Source: Verrucomicrobiota bacterium (lineage in GTDB: Bacteria; Verrucomicrobiota; Verrucomicrobiia; Opitutales; Cerasicoccaceae). Taken from it: a stretch of DNA of 64,000 nt. The notes beneath the pieces were generated by a model, which had not been told where the DNA came from, ran no database searches, and saw only the letters and a program-made list of their open reading frames with translations. Below, one piece after another: positions 19,756 through 27,731 of this stretch; position 1 is the stretch's first letter, and each line of letters opens with the position of its first letter. The stretch spans positions 245,405-309,404 of the forward strand of contig JBCBUK010000004.1 in the NCBI GenBank assembly GCA_039818205.1. The letters run 5' to 3'. Position numbers and translations under genes: made by a program.

Positions 19756-21075
19756 TCAACGGAAGGCGAAATCCTCGCTGATGATTCGCTCACGAGGCAA
19801 GCCGAGTTCGAGAAACTGTTTGGTTAGGTCGCGATTAAACGCCGAGGTTCCGCATAGCATGACTGCGTAGTCGTCAATTTCGCCGATATCTTCCCACACT
19901 TTTTGGGCCGTGAGACGGCCACGATCTTTGGTTATCCAAAGATCGTAATCCACGTAGGAATCGGCGTCCATGTAACGGCTGCTGATTTCGTTATCGTAGC
20001 CTGCGTGGCTTTTTTCCCGGACAATATAGTAAAGCCAGATGCGGCGAAAATCGTTATTGGTTAGCTCGAACGCCAACATCGAAAGAAACGGGGTGATGCC
20101 GATCCCGGCGCCAATCAATACTAATCGCCGATACTTAACGAAGGCATTGGGGCTGAATCCACCAAATGGACCGTAGACATCAATCTGGGTATTGGGCTCA
20201 ACCATTCGTAGGGCTTGGGTATAGTCTCCGACCGCACGAATCGAGAAGCGGAGTTCTCGGTTGACTGGGCTGGACGAGATGGTGAAGGGGTGAAGTTCTT
20301 TGGGAAGCGTCGGATGGTCGGGTGCCATGATGAACGCAAACGTTCCCGGATTGTAGGTCATGCGACGCTGCTCCGGAGTCAGAATGAGATCAAATTTTTC
20401 CTCGGTTTTCTGGACCACTTTTTCAACCGTGTAGCCATAGCGCGGCCCAAACCGTTTGAAGAACAGAATTCGGTAAAGATAGGCCAGGCTTCCTGCGGTG
20501 CACAGCATGACCATCCAGGTGCTCAACGGCTCAAAATCCATCATGCTGCCCGGCACGAAAATGATGTGGATGAAAAAGAAGAGGAAGAGCGCCCCATTTA
20601 GCTGGTGGAGCCAGAGCCAGCGTGCATAGGGCAGTCGCTGGTTGTAGGCCAGAACCGCTAGGACGACAAAACCATAAAAGACCAGGATGTCCGGTGTGCG
20701 TGCGGTCGGGGAATACCATGGAATGAAGAGGTCGCCGACCAGTTTTCCAGATGCCTTCCATGGCGGGATTAGTAGCAGCAGGTGGATGACGAGAATGATG
20801 ATTGCCCACATGCCCAATTTGCGATGCAGACGAATCGCGCGGTCCAAACCACCAAAAAGACCCTCGAGAGTAATGCTTCGTGCACCGGCGAGGAGACCAA
20901 GCGCCATGTAGGCGAGGGAGATTAATCCCAGTAACTGTGAGGGTCCCCGCCAAGGCCAGAGATCATCTGGCTGGACGACGGCGTGCTTTGACAATCCCCA
21001 AAGGAGCGTCGTTATCGCAGTTACTAAACCGACGATCACCACTTCGCGACGTTGCAGCGTCTTCAATGATAACAT
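19756..21075 (-). CDS. Ferric reductase-like TM protein with FAD/NAD(P)H domain
   Basis: Heme-type His in LHRKLG...IH and WLH...IH; HPFTISS, GDYT, GPFG, GAGIGITPF, ISEDF. Start set at MLSLK. Confidence 0.9.
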   Translation of the reverse strand: MLSLKTLQRREVVIVGLVTAITTLLWGLSKHAVVQPDDLWPWRGPSQLLGLISLAYMALGLLAGARSITLEGLFGGLDRAIRLHRKLGMWAIIILVIHLLLLIPPWKASGKLVGDLFIPWYSPTARTPDILVFYGFVVLAVLAYNQRLPYARWLWLHQLNGALFLFFFIHIIFVPGSMMDFEPLSTWMVMLCTAGSLAYLYRILFFKRFGPRYGYTVEKVVQKTEEKFDLILTPEQRRMTYNPGTFAFIMAPDHPTLPKELHPFTISSSPVNRELRFSIRAVGDYTQALRMVEPNTQIDVYGPFGGFSPNAFVKYRRLVLIGAGIGITPFLSMLAFELTNNDFRRIWLYYIVREKSHAGYDNEISSRYMDADSYVDYDLWITKDRGRLTAQKVWEDIGEIDDYAVMLCGTSAFNRDLTKQFLELGLPRERIISEDFAFR

Positions 21076-21177
21076 TCGAGCCGTTATAGCGATGAATCCT
21101 AAATGGGCTAGCACGAAAGGTTACATTCAATCTGGATTCCTGTGATGCATTCCGTTCTATATGAAATCATTCTAAGA

Positions 21178-21603
21178 ATGCTGGAATCGTTTCGACAACG
21201 CCTTTTCGGAAAGAGCGCCTCACCAACGGGAGACCGGGCGGAGCGAGGTCGCTTCGGTGAGCGTGAGGCTGGGAAATTCCTTAAAAAGCAGAAAGGTCAC
21301 CGTATATTGGTGCGCAATTGGCGCGCGGGTAAGGATGAGATCGACCTCGTCACGAAGAGCGGGGATGTCATCGTTTTTGTCGAAGTGCGGTCTCGCCAGT
21401 CAACGGCCAAAGTCAGTGGTTACAGCAGTGTGACTCAGGCGAAAAAGAAATGCCTCCTGCGGGTATGCCAAGCCTATTTGCGGGCACTTCGTCCACGTCC
21501 GGCGCATTTTCGGTTTGATATTGTCGAAGTCAGGCTTGGTAATGACGGGGAATTTTCTATACATCATTTTGAGAACGTCCCATTGTTCCCGAAAAACAAT
21601 TAA
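21178..21603 (+). CDS. YraN-family endonuclease-like protein
   Basis: G..GE..A, RNWR...EIDL, FVEVR.R, RFDIV. Confidence 0.9.
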   Translation: MLESFRQRLFGKSASPTGDRAERGRFGEREAGKFLKKQKGHRILVRNWRAGKDEIDLVTKSGDVIVFVEVRSRQSTAKVSGYSSVTQAKKKCLLRVCQAYLRALRPRPAHFRFDIVEVRLGNDGEFSIHHFENVPLFPKNN

Positions 21604-21629
21604 CGTATAGACCCAGACACCACACCGCT

Positions 21630-23183
21630 ATGTTAGAAACGGCAGCAACCGCACGACATCCTTTTCTTCAGGGCCTCAGCAAGCACCGCGGAGCCCCCCC
21701 AACGATCATCGTGATCTTTGGTGCCTCCGGAGACCTGACGGCACGGAAACTCATTCCTGCTCTTTATAATCTGGGCCTCGATAATTTGCTCCCCCATGAT
21801 TTTTTCCTGGTCGGATACGGTCGTCGGCCCATCCCTGATGAGGATTTCCGCAAGGATGCGGAAGAGGCGCTCGGTAAGTTTTCCCGCCGCCCGTTGAACA
21901 ACGAGCTTTGGTCACATATCAAGCCGAATATTTGCTATCATGCCGGTGGGTATGACGACTTGAAGGCTTTCGAAGCGTTGCGTGAGAAGATGCTGGGTAT
22001 CGAGAAAGACCTGGGCCGGGACGTTCAATTCCTGTTTTATATCTCGACGCCACCGTCGGTCTTTAAGCCGATTCTCGAGAATCTGGGAGACAGTGGACTG
22101 GCCAAGCATGGTGAGGGCACCGACCTCGCATCCAAGGTAATCATCGAAAAGCCGTTCGGGCGGGATTTGGAAACGGCTCAGGAGCTAAACCGGATCATCA
22201 CCAATCAGTTTGATGAAAAACAGGTCTATCGCATCGACCACTACCTGGGCAAAGAGACGGTTCAGGATTTGATGGTTCTACGCTTTGCCAATAGCATTTT
22301 CGAACCACTGTGGAACCGAAATTACGTCGAGTGTGTGCAGATCACCGTGGCCGAGAGCCTCGGGGTCGGTACGCGTGGTGGCTACTATGATCAATCGGGT
22401 GCCACCCGCGATATGCTGCAGAACCATACGATGCAGCTCCTTTCGCTCGTCGCCATGGAGCCGCCGGTTTCACTTTCCGCCGAAGATATTCGCGATGAAA
22501 AGGTTAAGCTCCTTAAAGCAATTGAACCAATGCGACCCGGGCCTGATGGAGACGTCGTGCGCGCTCAGTATCAAGAGGGCTTGATTGAAGGCGAGCGCGT
22601 TCCTGGGTATTTGCAAGCACAGGACATCCCTCAGGATTCGGCGACTGAGACCTTCGCCGCTCTGCGAATGTCTATTGATAACTGGCGCTGGCAGGGCGTT
22701 CCGTTCTATTTGCGTAGCGGCAAGCGCCTGGCTCGTCGAGTTTCTGAGATTGCGATCCAGTTCAAGCAGCCTTCGGGTAGCCTGTTTTCGGACCCAACCC
22801 GGTTCGACTTGGCCTCGAATACGCTGGTCATCCAGATTCAGCCGGACGAGGGTGCGACGCTATTGATGAATTCAAAAATTCCAGGCCTGGAAACGCGGAC
22901 TCAACCCGTGAAGATGCACTTCCGCTACGCGACGACATTTGGTTCCAACACACCGGAGGCCTATGAGCGCTTGATTCTCGATGCGATGGTGGGCGACTCA
23001 ACGCTCTTTATTCGGGGTGATGAAACGGAGACTTCCTGGAAGCTCTATACGCCAATCCTGGACTACTGGGCTGAATGTGGTCGCAAGGGCCTCGATACCT
23101 ACACCGCAGGTTCATGGGGACCGTTGGCAGCGGACCGCCTGCTCTGGGAGCGCAAGCACGAGTGGCGCCGCGCTGGCCCGTAG
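21630..23183 (+). CDS. zwf: Glucose-6-phosphate 1-dehydrogenase
   Basis: GASGDL, EKPFG, RIDHYLGKE, RWQGVPFYLR.GK, AYERL. Confidence 0.97.
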   Translation: MLETAATARHPFLQGLSKHRGAPPTIIVIFGASGDLTARKLIPALYNLGLDNLLPHDFFLVGYGRRPIPDEDFRKDAEEALGKFSRRPLNNELWSHIKPNICYHAGGYDDLKAFEALREKMLGIEKDLGRDVQFLFYISTPPSVFKPILENLGDSGLAKHGEGTDLASKVIIEKPFGRDLETAQELNRIITNQFDEKQVYRIDHYLGKETVQDLMVLRFANSIFEPLWNRNYVECVQITVAESLGVGTRGGYYDQSGATRDMLQNHTMQLLSLVAMEPPVSLSAEDIRDEKVKLLKAIEPMRPGPDGDVVRAQYQEGLIEGERVPGYLQAQDIPQDSATETFAALRMSIDNWRWQGVPFYLRSGKRLARRVSEIAIQFKQPSGSLFSDPTRFDLASNTLVIQIQPDEGATLLMNSKIPGLETRTQPVKMHFRYATTFGSNTPEAYERLILDAMVGDSTLFIRGDETETSWKLYTPILDYWAECGRKGLDTYTAGSWGPLAADRLLWERKHEWRRAGP

Positions 23184-23260
23184 CTGGGCGAACGTGCGGG
23201 CAGAGTTGCCTGCTCCAGACTTGTAGATTCCGTAAAAGTGCCTTATTTTCGGTTTCGAGG

Positions 23261-23295
23261 TTGATCCACAATCTCTACTGGATATCCTGTATGCA
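23261..23295 (+). promoter_or_regulatory. Putative leaderless promoter of protease 1
   Basis: TTGATC-N16-TATCCT-N7-GTG; same geometry as upstream of protease 2. Confidence 0.6.
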
Positions 23296-24510
23296 GTGAA
23301 GATTTTCATTTGTTGCTGCCTGGTCCTTTGCGGGGCGGGGCACGCCCTTGGCCAGGAGACCCTTTTACCCGATCCCGAGCCAGAATCCGTCGATGGTCCG
23401 AACTCCCAAATTTTGGAGGGCTCAGATGCCAGTGCAGGCGAGTATCCCTTTATGGTCGCATTGTTGGACCGGTTCTCGTTTTCAAATGTCGATGCAGTCT
23501 TTTGTGGCGGTGTCCTGATTCACCCCTACTATGTGCTGACGGCTGCGCACTGCTTGGAGGGCGAAACGAGGACAACCTTCGATGTCTTTGTTGGAAGCCA
23601 TAATCTAAGCTCCGGTGGGCGCCGAGTCCCAATCGAAGCGATTTATATTCACCCGGATTACAACCCCGTTACCGAGGAGAATGATATTGCGATTTTGGAG
23701 CTGCGCACGCCGGTAACTGATATTGAGCCAATTGCGATTGCCGATGTTGCCGACTGGCAGGCGGCTGGGCGGGCTGGTCGGATCATAGGATGGGGGCGGA
23801 CGGTTGAATCCGATTCAAATTCGACGCCCAATATTCTCCAAGAAGCCGACGTGACCATAATCGATTTTAATGCGGCGAATGCTGCTTGGTCAAATACGCT
23901 TGAGGAATCGATGTTGCCAGCGGCAGACCTGCCTTCGGGCGAGATGGACTCCTGTTTCGGCGATAGTGGTGGTCCGTTGCTCGTTCGCCGGACAGATACC
24001 AATGAGTGGGCAGTTGCCGGCATCACAAGTTTCGGAGCTGGTTGCGGTGGGGTTGATCCACCCGGGATCTATACCCGCGTTTTTAGCTATCGTAACTATA
24101 TATACCAGCGGATCTACCCGAATTTTGCGCAGTGGTTGCAAGTCAATGGGTCGCCCGGAATCAGTGTCGACCTCGATGATGATGGGCGCGATACGGTTCT
24201 CGAGTATGCGTTTGCTGAGGACCCTGCCAACGGCATTATTAGCAGCCCGCAGTCAGGAGTGATCACAATTAGCAGAATTGACTATTCGACAATTACATTC
24301 CGGCGCCAACGAGACATGAATGATTTCGAGTTTGTGTTGCAGCAGGGTGACAAGTCCCTCAATTGGCAAACGATCCCCATGGGCTCCAACATTTTGTCGA
24401 TTCGCCAGATCGACACCAAAACGGAAGAGTTAACGGTGCGGGCCTTTTCACCGATTAGCACAGGCCCGTTTTTGCGCCTGCTTATTCAGCCTACGGGGCA
24501 ATTAAATTAG
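23296..24510 (+). CDS. Secreted S1 (trypsin-family) serine protease with C-terminal extension
   Basis: Signal peptide; LTAAHC, NDIAIL, DSCFGDSGGP; extra C-terminal domain of about 130 aa. Confidence 0.93.
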   Translation: MKIFICCCLVLCGAGHALGQETLLPDPEPESVDGPNSQILEGSDASAGEYPFMVALLDRFSFSNVDAVFCGGVLIHPYYVLTAAHCLEGETRTTFDVFVGSHNLSSGGRRVPIEAIYIHPDYNPVTEENDIAILELRTPVTDIEPIAIADVADWQAAGRAGRIIGWGRTVESDSNSTPNILQEADVTIIDFNAANAAWSNTLEESMLPAADLPSGEMDSCFGDSGGPLLVRRTDTNEWAVAGITSFGAGCGGVDPPGIYTRVFSYRNYIYQRIYPNFAQWLQVNGSPGISVDLDDDGRDTVLEYAFAEDPANGIISSPQSGVITISRIDYSTITFRRQRDMNDFEFVLQQGDKSLNWQTIPMGSNILSIRQIDTKTEELTVRAFSPISTGPFLRLLIQPTGQLN

Positions 24511-24541
24511 GAATATTTCATCCTTTTTTTAAATTTGGTCG

Positions 24542-24576
24542 TTGATTTGCTTCTATGACGGGATATAACGTATCCA
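24542..24576 (+). promoter_or_regulatory. Putative leaderless promoter of protease 2
   Basis: TTGATT-N16-TATAAC-N7-GTG. Confidence 0.6.
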
Positions 24577-25776
24577 GTGAAAAATATTCTGTACTCATTA
24601 TTGTTGGTTTTATTGACTTCTTTTGCCTTCGCACAAGAGGCCATTGATCCGGACCCAGAGCCCGAATCGATTGATGAGCCCGATTCGCTGATTATTAACG
24701 GGCGTAACGCGAGCCCGGGCGAGTATCCGTTTATGGTGGGTTTGTTACAGAGTGCTATCTCGGATAATCACGCAGCGTTTTTTTGCGGCGGTTCGCTAAT
24801 CGACCCGGAGTATATATTGACGGCGGCTCACTGCGTTGATGGCTTTAATGCCTCGCAAATCGACGTCTGGGTTGGTTCTCATCAATTGAGTACTGGCGGC
24901 CGTCGGATTCCGGTTTCAGAAATTATTATCCATCCAGGTTGGTTTGGCGATGTTGGCCTTGGGGACGATGTTGCGATCCTAAAACTTAGTGAGCCGGTGA
25001 CCGATATTCAGCCCATTGGCCTTGTCGAAGACGAATCGTGGCAACGGGATGGCTTGATCGCACGTGCGATTGGCTGGGGCCTAACCAATGTTGATGACAA
25101 TAACTCGAATCCAGAGATTCTTCAGGAACTTGATGTGACCATTCTCGATTATAGAGATCCATGGGGTGGAACCTTGGATCCGGAGATGATACCGGTGCAG
25201 GATTTGTCATCCCGTCCGGGCGAAATCTGTTTTGGGGACAGTGGAAGCGCATTATTGGTTCAGAACCCGGTCAATAGCCAGTGGGTTGTTGCTGGTGTAG
25301 CCAGTTTCGGCGACGGTTGCGATCCGCTCGGTGAACCAACGGTTTATGCCCGTGTTCTTAGCTATCGTAATTACGTCATTCCATTCATCTTGGAAGATTT
25401 TGGAAAATGGATGTCTGACAATAATTTGAGCGATATCTACGATGACCCCGATCGCGATGGTCGTCCGGCGCTGGTTGAGTTTGCTTTCAATGAGGATCCT
25501 CGTAGTGGAGTATTTTCTTCGGTTGAGCCTGGGATGGTGCGCATTCGGACGATTGAATATGTCACCATTGCGTTTAACCGTCGGCGTGGTCTCAAGGATG
25601 TTGTGGTTGGATTGCAACAGGCCAACGAAACCTTCCAATGGCAGAATATCCCGATCTCATCCAATATTCTGTCGATCGCCCCAATTGATGCGGACACCGA
25701 GCGTGTCACGGTGCGAGCGTTTTCACCAGCCAAACGCGTGCAGTTCCTTCGTTTGATCGTTACGCAGGCTCCATAG
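24577..25776 (+). CDS. Secreted S1 (trypsin-family) serine protease, paralog of the upstream gene
   Basis: Signal peptide ending AFA; LTAAHC, DDVAIL, EICFGDSGS; same C-terminal domain. Confidence 0.93.
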   Translation: MKNILYSLLLVLLTSFAFAQEAIDPDPEPESIDEPDSLIINGRNASPGEYPFMVGLLQSAISDNHAAFFCGGSLIDPEYILTAAHCVDGFNASQIDVWVGSHQLSTGGRRIPVSEIIIHPGWFGDVGLGDDVAILKLSEPVTDIQPIGLVEDESWQRDGLIARAIGWGLTNVDDNNSNPEILQELDVTILDYRDPWGGTLDPEMIPVQDLSSRPGEICFGDSGSALLVQNPVNSQWVVAGVASFGDGCDPLGEPTVYARVLSYRNYVIPFILEDFGKWMSDNNLSDIYDDPDRDGRPALVEFAFNEDPRSGVFSSVEPGMVRIRTIEYVTIAFNRRRGLKDVVVGLQQANETFQWQNIPISSNILSIAPIDADTERVTVRAFSPAKRVQFLRLIVTQAP

Positions 25777-25814
25777 TCTAGCTTCGATGAGTGCATAAAA
25801 TGCGACAAGAATGC

Positions 25815-25850
25815 TTGTGCGCGTGTGATTGGCTCGGCTAGATTATTGGC
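25815..25850 (+). promoter_or_regulatory. Putative leaderless promoter of opcA
   Basis: TTGTGC-N18-TAGATT-N6-ATG. Confidence 0.45.
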
Positions 25851-26855
25851 ATGACCACCTCCGAGCCACAGACTATTTTTGATGCATTGCCTGGGCAGTT
25901 GATGCCCGTTTCTCAAGTATCGCCCACGCTTTCCCAGATGTGGAACGTGGCCTTCGAATCAGGTCGTGACGCGCCGAGTGAGTTTCGCGCGTCGCAAATG
26001 AACGTCATCTTGCATTTTGGCCTAAAAACCTCACCCGAGGAAGCGGCCCGGCGATTTGAAACGGTCATTGCATTCGCGCAGAAATACCCTTGCCGGATCG
26101 TGGTCCTGTGCCCCATGGGGCGAGAGCGTAGTGATCGCTTGCTCGAGGGTAAGATTTTCAGCCAGTGCTACATTGGTGAATCGATGCGTGATATGTGCTG
26201 CTGTGAGGCGGTCATCTTGGGATACCCGACGCGCGAAGCCGGCTTCCTCAGCAGCCAGGTTTCCATTTGGCTCGAAAACGACCTACCGACCTATCATTGG
26301 TTCAACCGCATACCCTCGCAGCGTATTTCGGATTTGCATATGGAGTTCGTGAAGCGCTGCCGGCGCGTCATCTATGATTCCTCGATTGAGTTGGAGGACG
26401 GCAATGATCTTTCGACGATCGATTGGCCGCGTCCAGAGAGTGTGGTTGATGTCGCTTGGGCGCGTTTGCTACCCGTGCGTCAGTCGTTGGGGCAGTTTTT
26501 GAGCTCGTATGAGCCTGCAAGCTTGGTCGATGGGCTGACTAAGGTCGTAGCCAAGGGTAGGAAAGGGATGGAAGGCGAGGCAAAGAATCTACTTCGCTGG
26601 TGCCGCGCTTGCCTTCAAGAATGCTCGAGTGAGGAGCTGTCCGTCGAATTCGTCGAGATGGAATGTGATGGCGACAATTGCCTGGAGCTTGAGTGGACAT
26701 ACTCCGACAGCCGCCACCTGTTGTGGACGCACCAAATGGAGCGCGCGGGTGCGAATCTGACGGCCGATTTTGGTGCCGGGCGCCTGAGCGTGCCAATGCA
26801 GGTTGAGTTGATGGGCGGGGAAAAGGCGCTCGCGGAAGCATTATTCTTCGCGTAA
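25851..26855 (+). CDS. opcA: G6PDH assembly/activator protein OpcA
   Basis: RAS.MN, PCRIVVL, CEAVIL, DLPTYHW, IYDS, D.AW.R; lies between zwf and pgl. Confidence 0.8.
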   Translation: MTTSEPQTIFDALPGQLMPVSQVSPTLSQMWNVAFESGRDAPSEFRASQMNVILHFGLKTSPEEAARRFETVIAFAQKYPCRIVVLCPMGRERSDRLLEGKIFSQCYIGESMRDMCCCEAVILGYPTREAGFLSSQVSIWLENDLPTYHWFNRIPSQRISDLHMEFVKRCRRVIYDSSIELEDGNDLSTIDWPRPESVVDVAWARLLPVRQSLGQFLSSYEPASLVDGLTKVVAKGRKGMEGEAKNLLRWCRACLQECSSEELSVEFVEMECDGDNCLELEWTYSDSRHLLWTHQMERAGANLTADFGAGRLSVPMQVELMGGEKALAEALFFA

Positions 26856-26965
26856 ACAGGATTGCCTTTTTCGGGCGAGTCTCCCGAATGTTACGCCATC
26901 AAGTTATATATAATCAACGACTTGCTACTCCTTAGTCGACAATCGCTTTAATTCTCTATCCTGCT

Positions 26966-27706
26966 ATGAAATCTTTTGAATCCCCACTCGGCCAGGTCCA
27001 TGTGTTGGCCAAAGAAGCCATTTTTCTGGAAACGATGCGCCTGATCAAAAATGCGCACAAGGAGAATCCAGAAGAAGTAATCGTTGGATTGACGGGTGGT
27101 TCGACGCCAAAGGCGTTTTACAAGTGGGCCGCCGAGCATAAGGCGCTTTCGGCCGAGTTGCGCGATGGCATCATCTGGTCAACTAGCGACGAGCGCTGCG
27201 TGCCGCTTGAGAGCGATGACAGCAATTTCGGCCACGCCGATCGTGGAATGCTCGTCCCGCTCGAGGTTCCAGCCGAGAACAAGTTTCCGTGGCCGGTCGA
27301 GTTAGACCCCGAAGCTTGCGCCGATGAGTTCAACCACCGCTGGAACGATCGCTTTGGGCCAAATCGCGGTTTTGATATCTGTTTCCTGGGAATGGGAGAC
27401 GATAGCCACACGGCATCGCTTTTTCCGCATTGTCCGTTGATTGGGACTCACCATCACGAGAATTTTGCTGCGACCAATTGGCCGGAGCGCGGGTGGCGTG
27501 TAACGATTACGCCAGAGGGATTTTCTCGCTGTAAACTGATTGTTGTCTGCGTAACCGGTGCGGGCAAGACGGAGGCGCTGCGCGACTCGTTCCACGGCGA
27601 GTTTAACCCAATGGAGAAACCGGTTCAGTTGCTCAAGGCACATGCCCACAAAACCATCTGGCTCCTCGACCCGCCAGCGGCAGAGGGCTTGGATGGCCAA
27701 TCTTAA
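26966..27706 (+). CDS. pgl: 6-phosphogluconolactonase
   Basis: LTGGSTP, DERCVP...DSN, LGMGDDSHTASLFP. Confidence 0.92.
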   Translation: MKSFESPLGQVHVLAKEAIFLETMRLIKNAHKENPEEVIVGLTGGSTPKAFYKWAAEHKALSAELRDGIIWSTSDERCVPLESDDSNFGHADRGMLVPLEVPAENKFPWPVELDPEACADEFNHRWNDRFGPNRGFDICFLGMGDDSHTASLFPHCPLIGTHHHENFAATNWPERGWRVTITPEGFSRCKLIVVCVTGAGKTEALRDSFHGEFNPMEKPVQLLKAHAHKTIWLLDPPAAEGLDGQS

Positions 27707-27731
27707 AGCGTTTGCTGAATAGCCAAGTCAG

